Shown here one piece after another: positions 9,840 to 18,822 of a DNA stretch of 64,000 nucleotides; the first letter of the stretch is position 1; every line of letters starts with the position of its first letter. This stretch comes from Candidatus Methylomirabilota bacterium (GTDB taxonomy: Bacteria; Methylomirabilota; Methylomirabilia; Rokubacteriales; CSP1-6), in the NCBI GenBank assembly GCA_046726415.1, contig JBKPAK010000024.1, positions 23,605-87,604 of the forward strand, written 5' to 3'. Made by a program: the position numbers and the translations under genes. The notes below the pieces were generated by a model. It worked only from the letters and a program-made list of their open reading frames with translations. It was not told the DNA's origin and searched no databases.

Positions 9840-10801
9840 TCACTCGCGTTCCCGGCATCCGCGTCGGGCATGAGACGGACGCGCGCGCCTGCACCGGGGT
9901 GACCGTGGTCCTCTGCGACCGGCCGGCCGTGGCCGGGGTCGAGCTGCGCGGGGGAGCGAACGACGTCGTGGGGCTGGACTATCTCGATCCCCGCCACCTG
10001 GTGAGCACGGTCAACGGCGTCGTGCTGGCAGGCGGGAGCCGCTTCGGTGGCGAATCCATCTGGGGCGTCATGCGCTACCTGGAGGAGCGCGGGGTCGGCT
10101 TCGCGGCCGGCCCCACAATCGTGCCTCACGTACCCGGCGCGTTTCTGTTCGATCTCAACGTGGGCGATGGCCGGGTTCGCCCCACGCGCGAGATGGGTTA
10201 CGCGGCCGCGGCGGCGGCCACCTCCGGCGCGTTTGCGGAGGGCAGCGTGGGCGCGGGCACAGGTGCCAGCGTGGGCAAGGTCCTCGGCATCGCCCGGGCC
10301 ATGCGGGGGGGAATTGGCACCGCGAGCACGGCGCTGGGTGACGCGGTGGTGGGGGCCATCGTGGCGGTCAACGCCCTGGGCGACGTGCGCGATCCTGTCA
10401 CAGGTGCGCTCATTGCGGGAACCCGCGAGGGGACCGATCGCCTCGAGCTCTCCGACTCGGAAGCGCTTCTCAGGTCGACCACTCCGCTCACCCGCTTCGG
10501 GACGCCGGCCCACACCACGATCGGGGTGGTGGCTACCAACGCGCGGCTCGCCAAGCCGGACGCAGCGAAAGTCGCCGCGCTGGGGCTCATCGGCTTTGCC
10601 CGCGCGCTGTCCCCTCCGCACACCGCCTTCGACGGCGACACGCTGTTCGTCCTGTCCGTCGGGGACGTGCCGGCCGACCTCACGCGTCTCGGGCTCGCCG
10701 CCGCCGACGTGGTCGCCCACGCCATCGCGCGAGGCGTGCGCGCCGCCGCTTCCCTGCCTGGCCTCCCGGCGGCGCGAGACGTGACGAAAGCCCCAGCCTG
10801 A
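9836..10801 (+). CDS. P1/S58 family peptidase (DmpA-like L-aminopeptidase/D-esterase)
   Basis: ITRVPGIRVGH, GVTVV, LAGGSRFG, EGSVGAGTGA, TTIGVVATNA, HTAFDGD. Confidence 0.9.
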   Translation: MITRVPGIRVGHETDARACTGVTVVLCDRPAVAGVELRGGANDVVGLDYLDPRHLVSTVNGVVLAGGSRFGGESIWGVMRYLEERGVGFAAGPTIVPHVPGAFLFDLNVGDGRVRPTREMGYAAAAAATSGAFAEGSVGAGTGASVGKVLGIARAMRGGIGTASTALGDAVVGAIVAVNALGDVRDPVTGALIAGTREGTDRLELSDSEALLRSTTPLTRFGTPAHTTIGVVATNARLAKPDAAKVAALGLIGFARALSPPHTAFDGDTLFVLSVGDVPADLTRLGLAAADVVAHAIARGVRAAASLPGLPAARDVTKAPA

Positions 10802-10864
10802 AAGGGGGGCGCAGAATCGAGCGGCCCGGGTTCCCCCGCGCCGCGGCCGCCGAGACCAGCGGGC

Positions 10865-11213
10865 CTAATCGGGGAGCGGCTGCCCACGCGCCTCGGGACC
10901 GGCGAAGGGCGTCGCCACGAGTCCCAGCACATAGACGGCGCTCAGCAAGGCGGCGGCTGGGGCGGAGCCTCCCAGCGAGTCCACGACCCACCCCGCGACC
11001 AGAGGCCCGAAGGCCGCCAGGTAACGAGCGCTGTTGAAGCCGATCGCGGCCCCTGTGCTGCGGACCGCAGTGGGATAGACCTCGGGAGGGTAGACCCCTG
11101 ATGGCCACGGCGCCGACGAGGATCAGCGCATACGTCTCGTACCCGTCGAAGAGCCAGCGGCCGGCCGACGCGACGAGGGCCCGCCGGGCTGCCGGGTCGG
11201 GTGGCCTGCTCAC
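10865..11213 (-). pseudogene. MFS transporter remnant (large internal deletion plus frameshift)
   Basis: TM1-like GRWLFDGYETYALILV joins, in another frame, C-terminal PEVYPTAVRSTGAAIGFNSARYLAAFGP...PEARGQPLPD*. Confidence 0.75.
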
Positions 11214-11275
11214 GCGATCGGGAATCAGACGAGGCGGGGCCACCAGATTGCCGCCGATCGGTTTAGACTGAGCGC

Positions 11276-11572
11276 ATGCCGAGACGCGGCAAGGTCATTC
11301 CGCTCCCCAGTGCGCGGCGGACGCCCCGGCCAGCCGGGAGCGAGCGCGAGTTCGCCGAGGTGCATCGCTGTGACCAGGCCGAGGCGCTCGTGGTGAAGGG
11401 ACTCTTCGAAAGCGAGGGCATCCCGACCCTGCTCCGCTCCCATCTCGTCGCCTCGGTGCACCCCTTCAGCGTGGGCGACCAGGGCGAGGTCGTCGTCCTC
11501 GTTCCCAAGGATCAGCTCCCGCGGTGCCGGCCGCTGTTGATCAGATTGGTCCGCCGGCCCTTGCCCTCCTGA
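11276..11572 (+). CDS. DUF2007-like putative signal-transducing protein
   Basis: EALVVKGLFESEGIPTLL...GEVVVLVP pattern. Confidence 0.75.
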   Translation: MPRRGKVIPLPSARRTPRPAGSEREFAEVHRCDQAEALVVKGLFESEGIPTLLRSHLVASVHPFSVGDQGEVVVLVPKDQLPRCRPLLIRLVRRPLPS

Positions 11573-11593
11573 ACGGTCGGAAGCGGATCCTCG

Positions 11594-12520
11594 TCACTCC
11601 ATCGCCGCCACGACGGCTTCCAGCGCTCCCCCGATGAGAGCGAGCGCGGTCGGTTGGATGGTGGAGCCGGCATCGCGGGGGGTGTGATAGGTGTCAAAGG
11701 GCGGCGGCCGACGCACCAGGTGCATGAGCACCCCCCGAGCCGGCTTCAGCGCGAACTGGCGCAGGGCGTCCGCATGGGCGAGCGGCATGACGCTGAGCCC
11801 GTAGGCGGGAATCCCGGCGGCGGCGAAGGCGCGGTGGTCGCTGCCAAAGACGGGGATACGCCCCACTTGATGGTACGTCGCGTCCCGGGTCAGCCCGTAT
11901 GCCTCGAAGCCGGCGCGGACGGCGCCGAGAAATGGCGTCTCCGTGGTGGCATCCCAGACGGCAAGGCAATCCCCGATCCCGCACAGCTCGAGACTCAGCG
12001 CGCCGACGACGTCGCGGAGCGGCACCTCGCGGACGTAGGCGCGAGCGCCGAGATAGCCCAGCTCCTCGGCCGCCGTAAAGAGCAAGCGGACCCGCACGTG
12101 GGGCGGGACCAGGCGCGGCAACCGCTCGAGCAGCGATAGGAGAACGGCCACGGCCCCCGCGTTGTCGTTGGCCCCCGGGCTCCCAGGCACCGCGTCGTGA
12201 TGGGCGATGAGAACGAGCGTGCGTGAGCCGTCTCCGATATCGACGCTGAAGTTCTCTCCAGTCCCCTCGAACGTGGCGAACCGGTGGCGGCCTATCTCGA
12301 CCCTCCGCGCCTCAAGACAGCGGAGCACGGCGGCCTCGCGCTCTTCGTTCGACCGCCCTTCGAGCAGGGCGAGCAGCGCGGCGGGCGAGCGCGCGTCGCG
12401 GATCACGTCGCCCACCGGCGGCGGGGTGATGCCGTGAGGCCGCTGGCCGGCGTTGACGAGCCCACTCACGTGGCTGTTGAGCTTGCCGCGCAGGTAGTAC
12501 CCGACGTCGCGCAGACCGAT
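11594..12520 (-). CDS. M28 family zinc peptidase (start uncertain)
   Basis: AHHDAV, GANDNAGAV, AAEELG, SDH, YHTPRD zinc ligands; start either non-canonical near 12520 or GTG 12469. Confidence 0.85.
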   Translation of the reverse strand: MGLRDVGYYLRGKLNSHVSGLVNAGQRPHGITPPPVGDVIRDARSPAALLALLEGRSNEEREAAVLRCLEARRVEIGRHRFATFEGTGENFSVDIGDGSRTLVLIAHHDAVPGSPGANDNAGAVAVLLSLLERLPRLVPPHVRVRLLFTAAEELGYLGARAYVREVPLRDVVGALSLELCGIGDCLAVWDATTETPFLGAVRAGFEAYGLTRDATYHQVGRIPVFGSDHRAFAAAGIPAYGLSVMPLAHADALRQFALKPARGVLMHLVRRPPPFDTYHTPRDAGSTIQPTALALIGGALEAVVAAME

Positions 12521-12530
12521 GGCCGTTCCC

Positions 12531-13310
12531 CTACGCGAGACGGAAGAGGGCGCGGGCGTTTGCCGAGGTCCCGGCGGCGAATCGCTCCAGCGGCTCGCCG
12601 CGCAGCGCCGCCACGCGAGCGGCGGTGATCGCGAGGTACGCCGGTTCGTTCCGCTTACCCCGGTAGCCTTCCGGAGGGAGGAAAGGGCAGTCGGTCTCGA
12701 GGACGAGGCGATCGGCCGGGACGAAGCGGGCGACGTCGGGAAGGGCCCGCGCATTCTTGTACGTGACGGGCCCGGCAAGGGAGATCAGCAGCCCGAGGTC
12801 CAGGCAGCGCCTCGCCACCGCCACATCGCCGGAGAAGCAGTGCATGACCCCGCCGATCTCGCCGACCCTGGTCTCGGCGAGGATAGCCAGGGTCTCGCGA
12901 TGGGCGTCGCGACAGTGGATCACGACCGGCTTGGCCACGCGGTGGGCCAGTTCGAGCTGCCGGCGGAAGACATCCACCTGCACCTCGCGCGGCGAGAGAT
13001 CGCGGAAGAAATCGAGCCCGATCTCCCCCACCGCCACCACGCGCGGCGTCAGGGCCATGCGCTCGATCTCCGCCAGGACCGATGCCTCGGCGCTGGCGGC
13101 ATCATGAGGATGCACCCCGACGGTGGCCCATACGTCGGGCTCTTGTCCAGTGAGCGCGATGGCTGCTTGCGACGTCGAAAGGTCGGTGCCGATGGTGACC
13201 AGGCCCCGGACGCCTGCGGCACGCGCGCGCCCGATCACGCCGTCGCGATCGTCGTCGTACTCGGGGACGTGCAAGTGTGCGTGCGTGTCAAACAGCTCGG
13301 GCAGGCTCAC
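12531..13310 (-). CDS. tatD: TatD family hydrolase/DNase
   Basis: DTHAH, GVHPH, GEIGLD, IHCRDA, MHCFSG, ETDCPF, NEP. Confidence 0.93.
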   Translation of the reverse strand: MSLPELFDTHAHLHVPEYDDDRDGVIGRARAAGVRGLVTIGTDLSTSQAAIALTGQEPDVWATVGVHPHDAASAEASVLAEIERMALTPRVVAVGEIGLDFFRDLSPREVQVDVFRRQLELAHRVAKPVVIHCRDAHRETLAILAETRVGEIGGVMHCFSGDVAVARRCLDLGLLISLAGPVTYKNARALPDVARFVPADRLVLETDCPFLPPEGYRGKRNEPAYLAITAARVAALRGEPLERFAAGTSANARALFRLA

Positions 13311-14629
13311 TGAAGGATCTCCTCGATGACGCGGCCCTCGACGGCAGGCGCGGCGATGCCGAGCAGCCGCGCCGCGGTGGGGGCGATGTCGATCAGGCGG
13401 ATCCGCTCCACGGCCCCCCCCGCGCGCACGCCTGGGCCCGCCGCCAGGAAGCCCGTGGCCATGCTGGGGCGGAATGGCAGAAACCCGTGCGTCCCACGAC
13501 GCGCGAGGAGGGCCGGTGCCTCGATCGGCCCGCAGGCGCCGACCAGATCGAAGCCCGCCGCCGCCTCGATGGCAAAGGCCGCTCCGGGCATCGCTCCGAG
13601 CGCGTCGAGTTCCCGCCGGCTCACGATGGTCAGGCGGCCGGAGGCGGCCTGACGCAGCGCCGTCTCCGCGCTGAGGGCAATGGCCGCGTCGTCCGCGGGG
13701 TTCACAAAGACGGCCGCCGCACCGCCGGCGAGGTGCGCGGTGGCCCGCCATCCATGGCCGGCCCGCGGACACTCGCGCAGGCCGGCGTCCGCCAGGATTT
13801 GATTCGGAGAGAGCGTTCGCTCCACGTTCTGAAATCCGTGGTCGCCGGTCACGATGATCGCCGTGCGCTCGGCGAGGCCTGCCTCGGTGAGGGCGCGACG
13901 CAGCGTTCCGAGGTGCGCGTCGATGCGCGTGAGGGCCGGCTTGACGTCCGCTCCCTCGCGTCCACCCCGGTGCTGGAAGTAGTCGAGCTGCACCAGGTGC
14001 AGGAGCACGAGATGCGGGCGCGCGTCGCGGATCATAGCGGCCGCCGAAGCGGTGAGAAAACCGTCCCACTCGACCACGTTGCGGAAAATCTCCTCGCGCG
14101 GCGATAGGCCGAGCCGTTCGAAAAGCCCGGGCGTCACCGCCGCCCGCAACGCCTCCAGCGCGTCGCGCCTGGCGTAATAATCGCGCTCGGGCAGGAGCAG
14201 GTCGATGCGGGCGCCGAGCGTCGACGGCCATGACACGCCGGCCGTGCGCCGGCCCGCCGCGCGGGCCCACTCCCAGAGCGCCGTGGCGCGCAGGTCGGCG
14301 GCTTCCTCGTACCAGCGGCCGCGCTCGCCGATTGGCTCGAAGAGCACGTTGAAGCTGATCCCGTGGCGCGCGGGCCTCACGCCGGTGGCGATCGACGCGT
14401 GACTCGGATACGTCACCGTCGGGAAAACGCCCTCCGCCACCCGCGCGTGGCTGCCTGCGCGGAGCAGGGCCCGAAGCTCCGGAGCGGCGTACGCCTCGTC
14501 GAGGTAGAACTCGGGGCGGAGGCCATCGAGCGAGATCAGAAGCAGGTGTCGGCTGGCCTCCTGGGCGCGTGCGCCCGAGCCGGCGCCGAGCAGGGCGACC
14601 GCGAGGAGCAACCGCCACCAGCGGCTCAT
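13307..14629 (-). CDS. Exported alkaline-phosphatase-superfamily nucleotide pyrophosphatase/phosphodiesterase
   Basis: Signal peptide; LISLDGLR, FPTVTYPSHASIATG, LDYFQH, TGDHG, GTHG. Confidence 0.9.
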   Translation of the reverse strand: MSRWWRLLLAVALLGAGSGARAQEASRHLLLISLDGLRPEFYLDEAYAAPELRALLRAGSHARVAEGVFPTVTYPSHASIATGVRPARHGISFNVLFEPIGERGRWYEEAADLRATALWEWARAAGRRTAGVSWPSTLGARIDLLLPERDYYARRDALEALRAAVTPGLFERLGLSPREEIFRNVVEWDGFLTASAAAMIRDARPHLVLLHLVQLDYFQHRGGREGADVKPALTRIDAHLGTLRRALTEAGLAERTAIIVTGDHGFQNVERTLSPNQILADAGLRECPRAGHGWRATAHLAGGAAAVFVNPADDAAIALSAETALRQAASGRLTIVSRRELDALGAMPGAAFAIEAAAGFDLVGACGPIEAPALLARRGTHGFLPFRPSMATGFLAAGPGVRAGGAVERIRLIDIAPTAARLLGIAAPAVEGRVIEEILQ

Positions 14630-15696
14630 GGCACCACCTGAAAGCGCAGGCGCCCGATGAGCTGCCCGGACGTCGTCACGACGTCGACCGACCAGCCGCC
14701 CACCGGATTGGGTGGAAAGCTCTCCTTGCGCGAGTACGTGCGGAACCCCTCCCGGCGGCCCCCGAGCACGGGCGAGAGCCGAACCACCGCGAGCGGGCGC
14801 CCATCGAGGCGCCACACGTGCTCGATGGGTTGACTGAGACCGGCCGGCGCATAGATGGCAGTGTACGCGACGAGACTTCCCCATTCGCGAAGTTGGGTGA
14901 CGGTAATGGGACCCCTCACGCGGTCGATGGGTTCCCAGTCCGCCATGCTCCGCGCCAGCGTGGCACCGGCAAGGGCCAGCGGGGCCGGCGGGATGGCGGT
15001 CCGGCCCAAGGTCGCCACGGTCGCGGCCACCACCGCCGCGGCCAGGGTCACCCGCAGCGCGCGCGGCCACGACATCGACCACGCGCGCCGGATCATCGGC
15101 GTGAGGGAGAGCACGGAGACGGCTGCGCTCGCGATGAGGGCATGCAAGGGCGGAACCCGCACGAGCGGCAATGCCACGTTTAGGGCGGCGAACACGGCGA
15201 CGAGGAGGACGGCGTAACGCGCCCACGTGCGAGGCTGCACCAGGGCGTCGAACCAGGGGTCGAACGTGGCGAGCAGGGCGAGCAGGACCAGCAGGCCGAG
15301 GAAGCTCGCGTTGAGCGATGTCAGTGTGGTGCTGGCGTAGTAAGCGGGCAGGATGAACAGAAGCACGCCGTGCAGCAGCGTCTGCACCGCGTAGTCGGCG
15401 CCACGCAGCGGGCGGCGCCAGCCCCTGGCCTCCAGCCCCTCGCGGAAGACGGCGAGCATGACCACGAGCAGCCACATGAGGAGCAAGTAGCCGATGATCC
15501 ACCCCACGTGCGGAAGCCCGCGCCGGAAGACGAACAGGGTGACGAGCCCGCCGGCCAGGGACGCGAGCGAGACACCCCAGTGACGGACGAAGTCCGCGAT
15601 CCGAGCCAGAGCCCATGGACGAACCGAGGAGCGCCCCCGGTCCCCCAGGGTGCGGCGAGCGTCAGGGGAGCTTGGGGGGCGCCCCGAGCCCCCCAT
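14626..15696 (-). CDS. Membrane protein with a DUF2914-like C-terminal domain (start uncertain, lies within a repeat)
   Basis: About 7 TM helices, then YTAIYAP...GGRREGFRTYSRK...GGWSVDV; nearest canonical start is the ATG inside repeat copy C. Confidence 0.8.
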   Translation of the reverse strand: MGGSGRPPSSPDARRTLGDRGRSSVRPWALARIADFVRHWGVSLASLAGGLVTLFVFRRGLPHVGWIIGYLLLMWLLVVMLAVFREGLEARGWRRPLRGADYAVQTLLHGVLLFILPAYYASTTLTSLNASFLGLLVLLALLATFDPWFDALVQPRTWARYAVLLVAVFAALNVALPLVRVPPLHALIASAAVSVLSLTPMIRRAWSMSWPRALRVTLAAAVVAATVATLGRTAIPPAPLALAGATLARSMADWEPIDRVRGPITVTQLREWGSLVAYTAIYAPAGLSQPIEHVWRLDGRPLAVVRLSPVLGGRREGFRTYSRKESFPPNPVGGWSVDVVTTSGQLIGRLRFQVVP

Positions 15697-15788
15697 GTAA
15701 TCACGCGCGCGCGGAATCGAGGAGCGATCCGGGTCCCCCGGGGCGCGACGAGCGTCGGGGGGTTTGGGGGGCGCCCGGAGTCCCCCAT
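15624..15788 (-). repeat. Hairpin repeat family 1, tandem copies C and D
   Basis: Two ~73-bp units ATGGGGG..C...GCCCCCCAA.C.CCC.GACGCTCG...GCTCCTCG at 15716-15788 and 15624-15696. Confidence 0.85.
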
Positions 15789-15792
15789 GCAA

Positions 15793-16023
15793 TCATCCGG
15801 GCGGGCCGAGTCGCTCGGCGAGCTGGCGGGCGAAATCGTCGCGGCGGAGCGCCTCGATGCATTCGTGCACGTCGCGCGGGACGCGGTGGCCCAGGTGGGC
15901 GCTCACGAGATCGAGCGCGCCCCCTCGCGCGGCGCCATCGAGGGCACAGATCTCGCGGAGCGCTCGGGCAATCGACTCGTCGCGCTCGCCCACCTGGACG
16001 ATGACGTCTACGGCGAACTGCAT
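15793..16023 (-). CDS. Small hypothetical protein
   Basis: 76 aa, starts 4 nt after the metG stop, helical composition. Confidence 0.6.
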   Translation of the reverse strand: MQFAVDVIVQVGERDESIARALREICALDGAARGGALDLVSAHLGHRVPRDVHECIEALRRDDFARQLAERLGPPG

Positions 16024-16027
16024 GAAC

Positions 16028-17938
16028 TTACTTTACCCTGGCCCCCAGCGGAAGGTCGCGATCCGGGGTGATGAGGGCGAGGGCGCCGTCGCGCTCTCCC
16101 GCCAGCACCATCCCTTCGGACTGCACGCCCATCAGCGTGGCGGGCTGCAGGTTGGCCACGACCACCACCTTGCGGCCGATGAGATCGGCCGGGGCGTAGT
16201 GCTCGGCGATCCCGGCCAGCACGGTGCGGCTCTCGGCGCCCAGCGAGATGGTGAGCTTGAGCAGTTTCTTCGACTTCGGCATGGCCTCCGCGGCCAGCAC
16301 CTCGGCCACACGCAGATCGACCCGCGAGAAGTCATCGATGCGGATGCGCTCGGGGCGAGCCGCCTCCCCCGACACCCTGGCCGCCTGTCCCGCGATTCCC
16401 CCGGAGACGGCATCGTTGGCGGGGACCACCCGCGGGAAGAGGCCCGAGAGCTTTCGGACGGGCGTGCCGGCCTGGAGGCCTCCCCACTTCGCGTCGACCA
16501 GCATCACCGCCCCGCGCAAGCCCAGCGCCTCGCGGATCTTCCCCGCCGCCAAGGGCAGGAAGGGGTCGAGCACGATACCGAGGCAGCGCAGCGACTCGCC
16601 CAGCGTGTAGAGCACAGTGTCCAGCCGCGGGCGCCGAGCCGGGTCTTTGACCAGCGTCCACGGCTGCTCCGCGTCGACATACCGGTTGAGCAGGCCCAAC
16701 CATTCCCAGATCGCGGCCAGGGCGCGGCTGAAGGCGAACTCCTCCATGGCCGCGTCCACCTCGGCCAGCATCTTCTGGGAGGCCCACTGCACGGCGTCGT
16801 CAGCGGCCGTTGACGCGCCGGGCGCTGGCACCGTCCCTCGGCCGGCCAGCAAGGTCGTGACGCGCGAGGCAAAGTTGCCGAGGTCGTTGGCGAGGTCGGC
16901 GTTGAGCCGGCTCACCAGGGCGTCCTCGGAGAAGTCCGCGTCCAGTCCGAACACGGCCTCGCGCATGACGAAGTATCGGAAGGCGTCGTGGCCGTAGGTG
17001 TCGGTCAGGGCCAGGGCTTCGACAATGTTGCCGATGGACTTCGACATCTTGCCACCGCCCAGACGCCAATAGCCGTGGACGTTGAGGCGAGTGTAAACGG
17101 GGAGACCCGCCGCCTTGAGCATGCAGGGCCAGTACACGCCGTGGGGCTTGAGGATGTCCTTGCCGATGAGGTGCTGCACGTGAGGCCAGAACGTGGTGTA
17201 CGGCTCTCCACCGATCTCGCCGAGGGCCGAGACGTAGTTAATGAGGGCGTCGAACCACACGTAGGTCACGAACCGCTCGTCGAAGGGCAGCGGGATCCCC
17301 CACTCGAGACGGGTGCGCGGGCGGCTGATGCTGAGGTCTTGCAGGGGCTCGCGCAGGAAGCCGAGAATCTCGTTGCGATAGCGCTCGGGCCGGATGAGGC
17401 CGGGGTTCGACGTGATGTAGTTCACCAACCAGTCCTGGTAGGCCGACATCCGGAAGAAGTAGTTCTCCTCCTCGATCCACGTGAGGGGAGTGTCGTGGTC
17501 GGGGCACTTGCCGTCCACGATCTCCTTGTCGGTGTAGAACCGCTCGCAGCCGTAGCAGTAGGAGCCGCCGTACTTGCCGAAGTAGATCTCACCGGCCTCC
17601 CACAGCCTCTGGAGGATCTGCTGGACGATGCGGGCATGCCGGGGCTCAGTGGTGCGGATGAAGTCGTCGTTGGTGATGCCCAGCCGCACCCAGGTCTCGC
17701 GGAAGGCCGCGGAGTTGGCGTCGGCGAGGGCTTGGGGCGATACCCCGGCCTTGGCCGCGACCTGGGCGATCCGTTCCCCGTGCTCGTCGGTGCCGGTAAG
17801 GAACCACACGCGGTCGCCGCGCAGGCGCCGGTAGCGGGCCATGGCGTCGGCGATGATCGTGGTATACGCGTGGCCCAGGTGCGGGCGTGCGTTGATGTAG
17901 TAGATGGGCGTGGTGAGGTAGAGAATCGATCCCCTCAC
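16028..17938 (-). CDS. metG: Methionine--tRNA ligase with C-terminal tRNA-binding domain
   Basis: YLTTPIYYIN..PHLGH, GTDEHG, Zn knuckle, YVWFDAL, KMSKS; GTG overlaps the ricT stop. Confidence 0.97.
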   Translation of the reverse strand: MRGSILYLTTPIYYINARPHLGHAYTTIIADAMARYRRLRGDRVWFLTGTDEHGERIAQVAAKAGVSPQALADANSAAFRETWVRLGITNDDFIRTTEPRHARIVQQILQRLWEAGEIYFGKYGGSYCYGCERFYTDKEIVDGKCPDHDTPLTWIEEENYFFRMSAYQDWLVNYITSNPGLIRPERYRNEILGFLREPLQDLSISRPRTRLEWGIPLPFDERFVTYVWFDALINYVSALGEIGGEPYTTFWPHVQHLIGKDILKPHGVYWPCMLKAAGLPVYTRLNVHGYWRLGGGKMSKSIGNIVEALALTDTYGHDAFRYFVMREAVFGLDADFSEDALVSRLNADLANDLGNFASRVTTLLAGRGTVPAPGASTAADDAVQWASQKMLAEVDAAMEEFAFSRALAAIWEWLGLLNRYVDAEQPWTLVKDPARRPRLDTVLYTLGESLRCLGIVLDPFLPLAAGKIREALGLRGAVMLVDAKWGGLQAGTPVRKLSGLFPRVVPANDAVSGGIAGQAARVSGEAARPERIRIDDFSRVDLRVAEVLAAEAMPKSKKLLKLTISLGAESRTVLAGIAEHYAPADLIGRKVVVVANLQPATLMGVQSEGMVLAGERDGALALITPDRDLPLGARVK

Positions 17939-18807
17939 GCACCGCTCCGCGGAGCAGGACGGTCGAGCTCGAAGGTGATGTGCGAGCGCCCCTCCCAGGT
18001 GATGGCCGACATCGGGACCTCGGCCTCGGTGCCGTCCGGGAAGCCGACGACCACGGATTCCTTGAGCACGCGGAGCGACTTCACTTTGCCCGACATGCAC
18101 CCACCACCCCCGCACGAGGCCTGGCACGGCGTGTTCACCTTGGGCAGCCGGCTCCGCAGGGCCTCATACGTGGAGAACTCGTAGAGCAGGCAGCACTTGA
18201 GGCGCCCGCAGTTGCCCAGCAACCGGCTGTCGGTCAGCGGCACATCCTGCACCTTCGCCATCCTGACGGCCACCGGGTCGAACTTCCGGAGATAGGACGA
18301 GCAGCAGAGCTGCCGGCCGCAGGGCCCAATGCCGTCCATGACCTTGGTGGTGTCGCGGGCGCCGATCTGGCGCATCTCGATGCGCGCCCGGAACTCCCGC
18401 GCGAGGTCGCGCACGAGGTCCCGAAAGTCCACCCGATCCTCGGCGTTGAAGGACACCAGCACCCGCCGCTCGCGCGCCGCGATCTCGACGTCCACGATCT
18501 TCATGCGCAGTCCCCGCGTGCGCGCGAACTGCTGCACGGTGGCGATGGCGGCCCGCTCCCGGTCGACATGAGCGCGATGGTCGTGGGCTTCGCTCTTCGT
18601 GGCCATGCGCAGCACACGGCGGTAGAGGGCATCGCGCTTGGCCTCCGGCACCGGCCGCCGCGGGCGGCGGACTTCGCCTACGGCCGGCTCGGCCGCCGCT
18701 TCGACCACGCAGAAGTCGCCGACGTGAAGGTCGAGGTCTCCGGGGACGCGATAGTCGTCGGTGTTCTGGCCAGCTCGCAGGCGCACCCCGATCAGAAAAT
18801 CATCCAT
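17935..18807 (-). CDS. ricT: PSP1-domain protein (YaaT/RicT family)
   Basis: RVDFRDLVRDLA, RIEMRQIG, GIGPCGRQLCC, CGRLKCCL. Confidence 0.9.
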   Translation of the reverse strand: MDDFLIGVRLRAGQNTDDYRVPGDLDLHVGDFCVVEAAAEPAVGEVRRPRRPVPEAKRDALYRRVLRMATKSEAHDHRAHVDRERAAIATVQQFARTRGLRMKIVDVEIAARERRVLVSFNAEDRVDFRDLVRDLAREFRARIEMRQIGARDTTKVMDGIGPCGRQLCCSSYLRKFDPVAVRMAKVQDVPLTDSRLLGNCGRLKCCLLYEFSTYEALRSRLPKVNTPCQASCGGGGCMSGKVKSLRVLKESVVVGFPDGTEAEVPMSAITWEGRSHITFELDRPAPRSGA

Positions 18808-18822
18808 GACTGGCGTTGCTCC

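Noticed and set aside
15624-15788. Tandem repeat units here and at 63730-63864 as a mini-CRISPR
   Set aside because: Only two units each, long and divergent, with no cas genes; they belong to the dispersed hairpin family.
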